64,000 nucleotides of DNA from Thermodesulfobacteriota bacterium (GTDB lineage Bacteria > Desulfobacterota_D > UBA1144 > Nemesobacterales > Nemesobacteraceae): positions 800,001 to 864,000 of the forward strand of contig OZ241855.1 of NCBI GenBank assembly GCA_965202785.1, given 5' to 3'. The translations under genes were made by a program, and so were the position numbers. Within the stretch, counting starts at the first letter, position 1. Every line of letters starts with the position of its first letter. Under the pieces are notes generated by a model, which saw only the letters and a program-made list of their open reading frames with translations, was not told where the DNA came from and did not search any database. Shown piece after piece: positions 47,208 through 59,492 of the stretch.

Positions 47208-47717
47208 ATGAGATTCTACGGTCTTAGGACATTTTTATATGCTGCGATCTTCGCCTTGGCGGTTGTTCCCTCGGCAAATGCCGCTGAGAACATGCTGAGT
47301 GTTGATGAAACCCTGATAATTCAACTTGTTATTTTTCTGGTAGGGCTTTTTCTGCTGAACAGGCTCGTGTTCCGCCCGCTTCTCGGGGTCTGGGACAGAA
47401 GGGAGGAACTTACCGCGGGCACGCTCAGGGAAGCCGAGGAGATGACCCGCAAGGCCGAGGGCGCCATCGCAGAGTACAATGAGAAAATCGCTGAAGCGAG
47501 GACCCAGGCTACTGAGACAAGAAACGAACTCCGCCAGCAGGGGCAGAGCGAATCTTCGAGGATGCTTCTTTCAGCTAGAGAGGCTGCCCAGGCGGAACTT
47601 GAGGGTGCGAGAGGGACTCTTGAGAGCGAGGTCGCGAAGATGAGAGCGGACCTGCAGGGCGAGATAGAGTCGCTTGCAGCGGAGATAAGCAACCGTGTCT
47701 TGAGGAAGGGGGCGTAG
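47208..47717 (+). CDS. F0 ATP synthase subunit b'
   Basis: LIIQLVIFL...LNRLVFRPL TM followed by a coiled coil; head of the atp cluster. Confidence 0.85.
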   Translation: MRFYGLRTFLYAAIFALAVVPSANAAENMLSVDETLIIQLVIFLVGLFLLNRLVFRPLLGVWDRREELTAGTLREAEEMTRKAEGAIAEYNEKIAEARTQATETRNELRQQGQSESSRMLLSAREAAQAELEGARGTLESEVAKMRADLQGEIESLAAEISNRVLRKGA

Positions 47718-47762
47718 TGCTGATGCCAGCTGCGGATTTTAATTTTCCGGGGGAACCAGAGA

Positions 47763-48272
47763 TTGGATAGCCATTTCAACTGGGCGTTTGTAATAAAGTA
47801 CGCTGTTAACTTGGGTCTTCTTATAGCCCTTCTCATATACCTTATCAGAAAACCTTTTCTGTCCTTTCTCAAGAACAGGAAGGAAAGGCTGCGCTCGGAG
47901 GTGGACCGCGCCGCGGAGGCGGCCGAGCAGGCGAAAATTACGCTTGAGGAATACTCGGCGAAACTTGATGCGGTTGCCTCGGAAATAGCGGCTCTTCAGG
48001 AGAATATAAGAAACCAGGGTGAAAATGAAAAGAATGATCTTGTCTCCGCGGCGGAGAAAAGCTGCGAGATGATAAAAAAAGAGGTTGAGGACACGGTTCG
48101 TCTTGAGACCACGAAGGCGGTCTCCGAGATACAGTCCGAAGTGGTCGACTCGGCGCTTGCGCTTGCCGAAAAAATGATAAAGGAGCGGGTGGACACGGAT
48201 TTTACGACCGATTCGGTCGACGATTTTGTAAAAATGATTGAGGAAGGGAAATGGCAACAGTTGCGACACTGA
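47763..48272 (+). CDS. atpF: F0 ATP synthase subunit b
   Basis: VNLGLLIALLIYLIRKP...R TM followed by a coiled coil. Confidence 0.85.
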   Translation: MDSHFNWAFVIKYAVNLGLLIALLIYLIRKPFLSFLKNRKERLRSEVDRAAEAAEQAKITLEEYSAKLDAVASEIAALQENIRNQGENEKNDLVSAAEKSCEMIKKEVEDTVRLETTKAVSEIQSEVVDSALALAEKMIKERVDTDFTTDSVDDFVKMIEEGKWQQLRH

Positions 48273-48793
48273 GAGATCTTGTCTCGGCGCTTGTGGATTC
48301 CGCGGCGGATGAAAGCGAACTTTCGGGCGTAAGAGCCAACATGGAGAATTTCTTTGAGCGGGTCGCCGATTCGGGCGAGCTTCGAGATGTTCTTTTAAGC
48401 ACGGTGTTTTCGATAGAGGAGAAAAAGGCGGTCTTGGGGGATTTCCTCGAGGCGGTGTCTTCTCTTGAGATTACGAGAAGATTTCTTCTGCTGGTTTTGG
48501 AGATGGAGAAGGTCTCGGTGCTTCTCGGCTCAAGGGAAGCCGTGCTTGCGAGACTTGACGAAGCGGTTGGAAAAGTAACGGCCGAAATTACCTCGGCCAG
48601 AGATCTTAGCCAAAACGACGTCGAGAGGCTCAGCGCGGCGCTTCGTGCGGCGACCGGAAAAACGGTTGAGGTGTCGCTTAAGGTTGATTCTTCCATGATA
48701 GGCGGAATAAAAGCGCAGGTAGGTGACAAGGTTTACGATAACAGCGTCAGGACGCAGCTTGAGAGAATAAGAGGCGTTCTTTCTCCGTCCTGA
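48251..48793 (+). CDS. atpH: F1 ATP synthase subunit delta
   Basis: [26 protein letters not shown]. Confidence 0.92.
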   Translation: MATVATLRDLVSALVDSAADESELSGVRANMENFFERVADSGELRDVLLSTVFSIEEKKAVLGDFLEAVSSLEITRRFLLLVLEMEKVSVLLGSREAVLARLDEAVGKVTAEITSARDLSQNDVERLSAALRAATGKTVEVSLKVDSSMIGGIKAQVGDKVYDNSVRTQLERIRGVLSPS

Positions 48794-48819
48794 CCCGAAT
48801 AATTCCAAAGGAGCTAGTA

Positions 48820-50337
48820 ATGCAGGAACTAAGAGCAGAGAGTATAGGCGAGATTCTGAGAAACAGGATAAAGGGCTATGAACGGAAAGTTGATACCGAA
48901 GAAGTCGGGACGGTTATTTCCGTCGGCGACGGTATCGCCAGGGTTTACGGTCTTGATCAGGCGGTAGCGGGAGAGCTCGTCGAGTTTGACGGCGGAATCA
49001 CTGGACTTGTTCTTAACCTTGAAGAGGATAATGTCGGTGTCGCTCTTTTCGGAGAGGATTCCCACCTGAGCGAAGGAGGGATGGTAAAGCGAACGGGACG
49101 CATCGCCGAGGTGCCTGTCGGAGACGCTCTCGGCGGAAGGGTGGTCGATGCTCTCGGAAGACCGATTGACGGTCTCGGAGAAATAGCCGCCACTGAAACA
49201 AGGCAGATCGAGGTGAAGGCCCCCGGAGTTATTTACCGCCAGTCGGTAAACGAGCCCCTTCAGACGGGACTTAAAGCCGTTGATTCCATGATACCGATAG
49301 GAAGAGGCCAGAGAGAGCTTATTCTGGGAGATCGTCAGGTCGGAAAGACCGCTATCGCGATCGATACGATAATAAACCAAAGAGAAGAAGATGTTCACTG
49401 CATATACGTTGCCATAGGGCAAAAACAGTCAACCGTGGCTCAGGTAGTCGATAAGCTCAAGGAGCACGACGCCATGAAGTACACGACAATAGTTTCCGCC
49501 ACGGCCAGCACCCCAGCTCCTTTTCAGTTTCTTGCTCCTTTCTCCGGCTGTGCCCTGGGAGAGTATTTCAGAGACACCGGCCGCCACGCGCTCATAATAT
49601 ACGATGATCTGACGAAACACGCGTGGTCTTACCGCCAGCTTTCGCTTCTTCTAAAAAGACCGCCGGGACGCGAGGCTTACCCCGGAGATGTTTTCTATCT
49701 TCACTCTAGGCTTCTTGAGCGCGCCGCCAAGATGAGAGACGAAGACGGAGGCGGTTCCCTTACGGCGCTTCCGATAATCGAAACGCAGGCCGGTGACGTG
49801 TCCGCCTACATTCCCACGAACGTGATTTCCATCACCGACGGGCAGATATATCTTGAGAGCGATCTTTTCTACTCGGGTGTGCGTCCTGCCATTAACGTCG
49901 GTCTCTCGGTTTCAAGGGTAGGGGGAAGCGCTCAGATAAAGGCGATGAAAAACGTCGCCGGAACCCTGAGGCTCGAGCTTGCCCAGTACAGGGAGGTTGA
50001 GGCGTTCGCGCAGTTCGCTTCCGATCTTGACAGGGTAACCCAGAACCAGCTTGCCCGCGGAAGCAGGCTCGTTGAAGCCCTCAAGCAGGATCAGTACGAA
50101 CCGCAGGGGGTTGAAAAGCAGATCCTGATCATATTCGCAGTTACAAACGGCTATGCTGACGACTATCCAGTATCCGCAGTGAGAAAATACGAGAGGGAGC
50201 TTTCTTCTTTCATGGAATCGAAGCATCCTGAGTATCTTGCGGAAATAAAAGAGAAGAAAGTTGTTTCGGACGAACTTGAGGACAAGCTCGTGGCAGCACT
50301 TGACGAGCTTAAAAACCAGTTGGGCGAGCTTGCCTGA
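48820..50337 (+). CDS. atpA: F1 ATP synthase subunit alpha
   Basis: [30 protein letters not shown]. Confidence 0.98.
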   Translation: MQELRAESIGEILRNRIKGYERKVDTEEVGTVISVGDGIARVYGLDQAVAGELVEFDGGITGLVLNLEEDNVGVALFGEDSHLSEGGMVKRTGRIAEVPVGDALGGRVVDALGRPIDGLGEIAATETRQIEVKAPGVIYRQSVNEPLQTGLKAVDSMIPIGRGQRELILGDRQVGKTAIAIDTIINQREEDVHCIYVAIGQKQSTVAQVVDKLKEHDAMKYTTIVSATASTPAPFQFLAPFSGCALGEYFRDTGRHALIIYDDLTKHAWSYRQLSLLLKRPPGREAYPGDVFYLHSRLLERAAKMRDEDGGGSLTALPIIETQAGDVSAYIPTNVISITDGQIYLESDLFYSGVRPAINVGLSVSRVGGSAQIKAMKNVAGTLRLELAQYREVEAFAQFASDLDRVTQNQLARGSRLVEALKQDQYEPQGVEKQILIIFAVTNGYADDYPVSAVRKYERELSSFMESKHPEYLAEIKEKKVVSDELEDKLVAALDELKNQLGELA

Positions 50338-50357
50338 CGCAGTAGCGGGAAAGGATA

Positions 50358-52717
<2,360 letters not shown>

Positions 52718-52732
52718 CGGGAGACCTGAAAA

Positions 52733-53134
52733 TTGGCTGAGAAACTGCGACTTAAGATCATAACCCCGGAAAAGCTCGTGTTTGACGGCGAGGTCGAGGA
52801 ACTTGTCGCCCCCGGCCAGATGGGGGAATTCGGCGTTTTGCCAGGTCACGTGCCTTTTCTTTCCGTGCTTTTTCCGGGAAGGCTCAGGTTCAAAACCGAC
52901 GAGTCGGGAGAAAACACTCTCATAATCCATGGCGGCCTCGCGGACGTAAAGGATGACACCATCAGCATTCTTACCGACCAGTCGGAGAATCCCGAAGAGG
53001 TTGACGTCGCGGCAGCTAGAAAAGACTCTGAGACCCTTCAGAAGGAACTTGATGAGCTTCAGGATACGGAAGCTTCGGAAAGAGAAGAGCTTGATAGGAA
53101 GCTCAGGATAGCACGCGCTCGAGCTGGGGAATAA
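52733..53134 (+). CDS. atpC: F1 ATP synthase subunit epsilon
   Basis: IITPE, GEFGVLPGH. Confidence 0.95.
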   Translation: MAEKLRLKIITPEKLVFDGEVEELVAPGQMGEFGVLPGHVPFLSVLFPGRLRFKTDESGENTLIIHGGLADVKDDTISILTDQSENPEEVDVAAARKDSETLQKELDELQDTEASEREELDRKLRIARARAGE

Positions 53135-53174
53135 CCTTTCTTTAGAACTTACCCTTAACTACACTAAAAGTGGT

Positions 53175-55664
53175 TTAATTGCACTTTGAGAATCCGCAAC
53201 TCCGGCACGTGACGCACCCCGATTCAAATGCGAGCGCCCTGCTTCCGCAGTCCGGGCACTGCTCAAGCATCAGGTCCGTGGAAACTTTGCCCGCGCCGCC
53301 GTTTGCTTTTGCCGCCGTTACTTCCGGTCCGCCTTCATCAGCGTTTTTTTTTCCCTCGGGGATGAAGTGTCTTCTCAGCACCTTGGCTATGGCGTCGGGC
53401 ACGGACATTATGACCTGTCCTCCCGAAAAAACTGGTGAGGAACCTCCAATGGCCTCCAGCTGTTCCACGACATCTCTGACATCAACCCCAGACCTCAGAG
53501 ACAGAGATATCAGCCTTCCAGTTGCCTCGGCATCGGCCATTGTGGTAAATCCAGATTTTCCAATCTGGACGAAAACTTCAAACGGCTTGCCTTCGTAACT
53601 GTTGACAGTTACGTAGAGATTCCCGTACCCAGTTTTTATCGCCTCGGTAAAACCTTCCAGCACTTGGGGTCTGGTGACAGGTTTTACCGCTTCTTTTTGA
53701 GGGGGATGAGGGGATGGTGTGAGGTTGGAGTGGGTGGTTGACATCCCTTCATCCCGGGGTGGAGAGCTTGGTTTTTCTTTTGCTTGTTCTTCCGTTATCA
53801 GTACCCCTTCTCTGGAGCCTTCCCTGTAGACGGTTACCCCCTTGCAGCCGAGCTTCCAGGAGAGGAAATATATTTTCTCGACTTCCTCAAGGCTTATATC
53901 CTTGGGGAGATTTACGGTACTTGATATGCATGAATCTATATGCTTCTGGATCGCGGCCTGCATGCGCACCCGCATCTCCGGCTTTATCTCGTGAGAGGTG
54001 ACGAACGTGTCCGGAAGATCCGCCTCGTCATCCAACCCGAATTTCTCCATGTACTCAGAAACAAGCGGGTGGTAGACCTTGAATTCTTCTTCCGACAGGG
54101 ATTCCGAGCGCCGGAGGTAAGACAGAGCGAACATGGGCTCGACGCCGCTTGTGGTTCCAGCTAGAACCGAACCGCTTCCAACGGGTGGGACCGTAAGTAT
54201 GCACGCGTTTCGAAGGCCCTGCTTTTTTATCTTGCTCATTACATTATCGCGCATGGTTTCTACGAACGGATTCGCTATGTGCGTTTTAAGGTCAAACACC
54301 GGGAAAGTTCCCTTTTCCTTGGCAAGATCGGAACTGGCTTCATAAACGATGTTCTTTATGTGCTCGAAAAGCTCGTCAGTGAATTTTACACCTTCGTCCG
54401 TGTCGTACTTTATGTTGAGCTTAGCAAGCATGTCCCCCAGTCCGGTGAACCCGACCCCTATTCTCCTCGACCTCAAAGACGCTTTTGTCTGGAAACTTAG
54501 GGGATGCTTTTCAATGTTGTAATCCAGTATGTCGTCAAGGAACCTGACGCTGTATTGAAAAGCTTTCTCGAGTTTTTCCCATTCTATTGAGGCATCCTCC
54601 TCGAAAGCGTTTTTGACGAACATGGAGAGATTCACGTTTCCGAGACAGCAGTTCCCATAGTCCTCTAGCGCCTGTTCGCTGCAGGGGTTCACGCCGTTTA
54701 CTTCCATGTTTGCGTATTCGGTAGGGGAGTACCTTTTCACCGTGTCCCAGAAAATAAGTCCTGGCTCGGCCGAAGACCAAGCAGATTTAACCAGCCTGTC
54801 CCATATCTGGCGGGCCCGTACGGTTTTTTTCATCTCGGTTTTCTCATTTGAGAAGGTGAGCTCGTAATCCGCGTCTTTTTCAACGGCTTCCATGAACTTG
54901 TCATCCACTTTTACCGAGATGTTGGCAAACTGGACCTTTGATCTTGCTTCGTCGTTTTTTATGTCAAGGAAGTCCATTATATCGGGATGATTGACCTTCA
55001 TAGTTATCATGAGAGCTCCTCTTCTTCCCGCCTGCCCTATGGTTCCGGTCGTGGTCGACAGAAGGTCCATGAACGATACGGCCCCAGTCGAGTATATGGC
55101 TGAATTGTTCACCGGGGCACCTTTCGGCCTAAGAACCGATATGTCGGTTCCGACTCCTCCGCCGAAAGAGTAAGTTCTGGCGGCCTCCTTGCACCACTCG
55201 AATATCCCCTCTATGGAGTCTTCCTTTATTGGCATGTAGTAGCAGTTAAGTAGCGTAGCCCTTCTTTTCTGCCCGGCGCCGAAGAGGATTCTCCCGCCGG
55301 GGATGAACTTAAAGTCGGAGAGGAGCCAGTAGAAGTTTTCCTCCCATTGCTTTCTCAGTTCCTTTTTTTCTTCGGGAGATGCTATTTCTTTGGCCACCCT
55401 TCGCCACATCTGTTCCGGAGTTTTTTCTGTTATTTCTCCATTTGCGTCGCGAAGAGCGTATTTCTCGTAGAAAACACGTGCCCTGAGCTTGTCTCCGCCG
55501 AATGCTTCAATGGTTTCCGCAGGAATTTCTATAGTGTCGCTTGGAGCTTTTACGTGTTCCGGGGAAGCTTCCTGAGTCTGGGTTTTCTGTTCCTCGACAG
55601 CGACTGTCTCGTGATCCGAGACTCCGTTTGCCACGATTTCAGCGGGATCCTTATCTCCGGGCAT
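53175..55664 (-). CDS. nrdJ: adenosylcobalamin-dependent (class II) ribonucleotide reductase with a C-terminal TSCPD/Zn-ribbon domain
   Basis: FIPGGRIL, NCY, RRGA, NPCSE, CCLGNVNL, KGVTVYR, C-terminal CPDC...CRSCGFSKC; no adjacent nrdB. Confidence 0.92.
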   Translation of the reverse strand: MPGDKDPAEIVANGVSDHETVAVEEQKTQTQEASPEHVKAPSDTIEIPAETIEAFGGDKLRARVFYEKYALRDANGEITEKTPEQMWRRVAKEIASPEEKKELRKQWEENFYWLLSDFKFIPGGRILFGAGQKRRATLLNCYYMPIKEDSIEGIFEWCKEAARTYSFGGGVGTDISVLRPKGAPVNNSAIYSTGAVSFMDLLSTTTGTIGQAGRRGALMITMKVNHPDIMDFLDIKNDEARSKVQFANISVKVDDKFMEAVEKDADYELTFSNEKTEMKKTVRARQIWDRLVKSAWSSAEPGLIFWDTVKRYSPTEYANMEVNGVNPCSEQALEDYGNCCLGNVNLSMFVKNAFEEDASIEWEKLEKAFQYSVRFLDDILDYNIEKHPLSFQTKASLRSRRIGVGFTGLGDMLAKLNIKYDTDEGVKFTDELFEHIKNIVYEASSDLAKEKGTFPVFDLKTHIANPFVETMRDNVMSKIKKQGLRNACILTVPPVGSGSVLAGTTSGVEPMFALSYLRRSESLSEEEFKVYHPLVSEYMEKFGLDDEADLPDTFVTSHEIKPEMRVRMQAAIQKHIDSCISSTVNLPKDISLEEVEKIYFLSWKLGCKGVTVYREGSREGVLITEEQAKEKPSSPPRDEGMSTTHSNLTPSPHPPQKEAVKPVTRPQVLEGFTEAIKTGYGNLYVTVNSYEGKPFEVFVQIGKSGFTTMADAEATGRLISLSLRSGVDVRDVVEQLEAIGGSSPVFSGGQVIMSVPDAIAKVLRRHFIPEGKKNADEGGPEVTAAKANGGAGKVSTDLMLEQCPDCGSRALAFESGCVTCRSCGFSKCN

Positions 55665-55830
55665 GCATTCTTCCTCCTCTTCTTAATAGTTGTTTTTCTA
55701 GTTGCGTTTTATTGCGTAGGAAGACAGCAACTTACCCCTATACACTCCTCCTTAATTCTTGTTCCTTTAAGTCTTCCTTCCGTTGAGTGTAATTTTTTTT
55801 GTTCAATTTATAGAAAATGTCTTGTGTAAG

Positions 55831-55878
55831 AACTACTATATTGTGGCGTGGGATTTATTTAAACACAACATATAGGGC
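55831..55878. promoter_or_regulatory. tandem NrdR boxes
   Basis: ACACAACATATAGGGC (55863-55878, 13/16 to the acaCwAtATaTwGtgt consensus) and a weaker AACTACTATATTGTGG (55831-55846), 32 bp apart, next to a minus-strand TTGACA (55886-55881) upstream of nrdJ. Confidence 0.7.
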
Positions 55879-56490
55879 TTTGTCAAGTATTTTATTTTCG
55901 TTAAGATTGGATTAATTCAATTTCTGAAGGGGAAGCCCGCTAGCATTAAAATTTCAATGAGATCAAATGATTAACCTAGAATCATAAAAGTTTCTTGATA
56001 TTTGCTGTACTGTTAAAATTTTTTCCATGAAAATTCGCAATTACACTGTGTGAATTAGCTTTGCAGAGAGAATGCTAGCAATTTTTGCGATTTAGTCCCA
56101 ACCCTCAAGATTTTAAATGTTGCGGCACAAGTTATCAAAGCTGACAGTTTACGGGTTTTTACATGAAACTGCTCTTGCAACCAGACGGCTAATCAACGAT
56201 AAATACGTTGTTGCTGATTTTATCTGTCCCAATTTTTTGTTTTCTATATGAGCCCTAACCTAGCTTCGTGTTACATGATATTTGCCTTTAGAAAATTGTT
56301 GCCCCAACCGCGCGCGCGGTCAGAACGGCATGGGTGCCGATGCCACCGCGGCGCGACCGTGAACCGATATCGAATTTTCAAGCTTTCGCATACATATCGG
56401 CTTCAGTTGGGTAGGAGGCATAGTAAGATGCACCTTGTAGTTTTGTTTTTATTAATCTAATTGAGGGTATCCACCAGATTGTTTTTCGAG

Positions 56491-56520
56491 ATTCTATAAA
56501 AACAGCCTATGGTTTGTCAA
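56491..56520 (-). promoter_or_regulatory. sigma70-like promoter in AT-rich intergenic DNA
   Basis: Minus strand TTGACA, 18 bp, TAGAAT. Confidence 0.5.
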
Positions 56521-56772
56521 GGGATTTTTGGGTAAATTATTAAATAATTTCAGGGTTATACGGTCGACCAGTTCTAACTGGGATAATATGAATGACCGGT
56601 TCTGTTTAAAAATGTTTGATTTTGAAAGAAAGTTGTGTAAAGATATGCCCTCATATCAATAATTATCCCTCCATATCCAAGTCTGTTTCTTTCTGTATGG
56701 AGAGAGCTTGGGCGTGTTAGCAAAAAATGTTTAAGAAAAACCGGAGCACGCTTTTTAGTATGGTTAGGGTTT

Positions 56773-57363
56773 ATGAATAATAGAGATAAATTAGTCAATG
56801 TTGCTTCCGAGTTGATTCACTCTCATGGTTTTGAGGGAACTTCCATTGATATGATCATGAGAAACTCCGGTATTTGCAGAAGCAATTTCTATTATTATTT
56901 TGAAAGCAAGGAAGTTTTGGGGTTGCTTGCGATTGAGAAAGTGGTTTCTGAGTTTGAAGAAAAAATGTTGTCGAAAACCCTCTTGAACCAAGACCTCAAC
57001 CCTCTTGAACGTCTCGACGGCTTTTACGGGGAAGCAATTTTCCTTCAGTATTCTCTTTTTTCGCAGCCTCCTTATGCAGGCTGTTTTTTCGGGAATCTCG
57101 CTTTGGAGCAGAGCGGCATAAACGAGAAATTTCGTTCTGTTCTGAGTGATTACTTCAAGGGATGGAAAGACTGTTTTGAGCAATGCTTGAGAGACGGGGT
57201 GGAGCAGGGATTTTTCAGGGAAGAAATTGATCCCAAACAAATGGCTGGCTTATTGATCTCTCAGATCGAAGGAGCCATACTCCTGTCGAAGGTCGACAAT
57301 TCCATCGAACCGTTCGAGTCTTCCTGCGCAACGATGAGAAGTCTGATCGTTAAATCGTCATGA
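56773..57363 (+). CDS. TetR/AcrR family regulator (NemR/LmrA-like)
   Basis: GFEGTSIDMI...NFYYYFESKE HTH; GCFFGNLALE. Confidence 0.9.
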   Translation: MNNRDKLVNVASELIHSHGFEGTSIDMIMRNSGICRSNFYYYFESKEVLGLLAIEKVVSEFEEKMLSKTLLNQDLNPLERLDGFYGEAIFLQYSLFSQPPYAGCFFGNLALEQSGINEKFRSVLSDYFKGWKDCFEQCLRDGVEQGFFREEIDPKQMAGLLISQIEGAILLSKVDNSIEPFESSCATMRSLIVKSS

Positions 57364-57657
57364 TTAGCGTGCTCTACGGGTTTTTCGGGACAAGATTTCG
57401 ACAAAGAATTATCTCTCCTTAGTATCTTGCGAAGATGTAATATCCGATGCTGGTTGGTCTTGTAAGCAGTCTTCGCAGATCTGAATTTTCCAGATTCTCC
57501 AAATTGAATTCCACCGATCTATGATGAGAGAAAATGAAGTTCAGGTTGATCGGTTTGACTTGGCCGGGCTCTCTTAAGTTTCGCTTTGCGTTAAATTGCG
57601 CTTATGGAAGAAATGGTTTCCACGGAGTATCGCTTTTGCGTGGTATAATTCTGAGCC

Positions 57658-58293
57658 ATGAAAAAGGAAGTTTCAGCGACGGACGAGCTTGAGGGAATCT
57701 CCGAAGTGCTGCGTTTCTGGTTCGGCGACCTGCGCGAGGGCGAACTGCCGGATGAAAAGAAGCAGATGACCTGGTGGATGAAGTCAGAGGAGTTTGACGG
57801 TCTCGTGAGACGGAGGTTTGAAAAATACGTGCTGCTTGCCGAGAGAGGAGAGCTTTCCCGCTGGCTCGAAACGCCCTTGGGCACCGTGGCGTTTATAATA
57901 GTTGTCGATCAGTTTCCAAGGAACATCTACCGCGACACCGAGGGCGCGTTTTCAAGAGACCCCCTTGCGCTTCGCGCGTGCCTCGAGGGCATTGAGAAGG
58001 GATTTGACCGGGACCTTCACCCCATGCACAGGGTGTTTTTCTACCTGCCGCTTATGCACTCGGAGAACCTGGAGATCCAGAGCCTGAGCGTTGAGAAGTA
58101 CTCCGCTCTTGAAAACGAGTACGCCCCGCGCCCGGAAATCGGGGAAACCCTCGCCTGTTCCACAGACTTTGCGGGACGGCATTTAGACATAATAAAAAGA
58201 TTCGGAAGGTATCCACACAGGAACGCGGCCTTGGGGAGGGAATCCACCCCGGAAGAAACCGAGTTTCTAAAACAGCCTGGAAGTTCCTTCTGA
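57658..58293 (+). CDS. DUF924 family protein
   Basis: LRFWF, DQFPRNIYR, FFYLPLMHSE, RFGRYPHRN..LGREST. Confidence 0.9.
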   Translation: MKKEVSATDELEGISEVLRFWFGDLREGELPDEKKQMTWWMKSEEFDGLVRRRFEKYVLLAERGELSRWLETPLGTVAFIIVVDQFPRNIYRDTEGAFSRDPLALRACLEGIEKGFDRDLHPMHRVFFYLPLMHSENLEIQSLSVEKYSALENEYAPRPEIGETLACSTDFAGRHLDIIKRFGRYPHRNAALGRESTPEETEFLKQPGSSF

Positions 58294-58399
58294 TTCTTTC
58301 CACTGATTTTCTTTAGTTGTTTAAGGTTATTCAAGCGGGTATTTATATGATGACCGCACGCGGGGACGCGCGTATTTTTCGGTCAGGGAGAGCGTTTGA

Positions 58400-59491
58400 T
58401 TGAACATCGAGGAAATACTAAGCCGGACTTATCTCGGCAATTCCGCTGAAACGTGGCTCTGGGCACTCGGAGCTGCGATCGTCTTAGCCTTTGTCTTCAA
58501 CTTCATCCTGAAAAAGTTTGTGAGGTCGTTTGCCGGTTTTGCCGAGAAGACCGAGACCGATCTTGACGACTTGGTTTCGGCGCTCGTGGAGAAGACCAGC
58601 ATAGTGCTGATCATAATCTTCTCGGTCTACGTGGCGACTTTCTTTCTTGACCTTACCCAGCAGATAAGGGACTTCCGGAAAAGCGTGATAGTCATCTGCC
58701 TTTTTGTTCAGGTCGGTTTCTGGGGAGGCGGCTTCATCGACTATTACGTCTCGAAGAAGCTTGTGGATATCGGTGCGGGCGGCGGCGCTTCCATAACGCA
58801 CGTAAGGAGCCTGGGTTTTTTCGCGAAATCGGTTCTCTGGATAGTTCTCGGAATTCTGACGATCGACAACCTGGGATTTGACCCGACCACAATAATCGCG
58901 GGTCTCGGCGTCGGAGGCATAGCCGTGGCGCTTGCGCTTCAGAACGTTCTGGGCGACATCATAGCCTCGCTTTCCATTATTTTCGACAAGCCTTTCGAGG
59001 TCGGTGATTTCATAGTCATAGGCGATATGAGGGGAGACGTGGAGCACATAGGGCTTAAGACCACCCGCCTCAGGAGCCTTTCGGGCGAACAGCTTGTTTT
59101 GTCGAATAACGACCTGCTGCAAAGCCGCGTAAAAAACTACAAGAGGATGAACAACCGCAGGATCCTTTTTTCCCTCGGCGTCGTTTACGAGACATCCTAC
59201 GATAACCTCGCGAGAATCCCCGGACTGATAAAGGAGATAATAGACGCGGAACCGAAAACGAGATTCGAAAGGGCGCATTTCAGCAGTTACGGTGATTTTG
59301 CCCTTAACTACGATATAGTTTACTTTGTTCTTACTCCGTCGTTTGACGATTACATGGATATACAACAGAGCGTTAACCTCAAGATATTCAAAAGGTTCTC
59401 CGAGGAGGGGATAGAGTTCGCTTATCCCACCCGGAAGGTTTTTCTTGATTCGACGCAAACTGCGTCGACCGACGCGGAGGCAGGAGACTGA
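58400..59491 (+). CDS. small-conductance mechanosensitive channel family protein
   Basis: GVGGIAVALALQ, DKPFEVGDFI, IGLKTTRL, GIEFAYPT. Confidence 0.92.
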   Translation: MNIEEILSRTYLGNSAETWLWALGAAIVLAFVFNFILKKFVRSFAGFAEKTETDLDDLVSALVEKTSIVLIIIFSVYVATFFLDLTQQIRDFRKSVIVICLFVQVGFWGGGFIDYYVSKKLVDIGAGGGASITHVRSLGFFAKSVLWIVLGILTIDNLGFDPTTIIAGLGVGGIAVALALQNVLGDIIASLSIIFDKPFEVGDFIVIGDMRGDVEHIGLKTTRLRSLSGEQLVLSNNDLLQSRVKNYKRMNNRRILFSLGVVYETSYDNLARIPGLIKEIIDAEPKTRFERAHFSSYGDFALNYDIVYFVLTPSFDDYMDIQQSVNLKIFKRFSEEGIEFAYPTRKVFLDSTQTASTDAEAGD

Positions 59492-59492
59492 G

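Noticed and set aside
57424-57480. Inverted repeat TGCGAAGA/TCTTCGCA downstream of tetR
   Set aside because: Short stem, long loop and no U-tract; not supportable as a terminator or element
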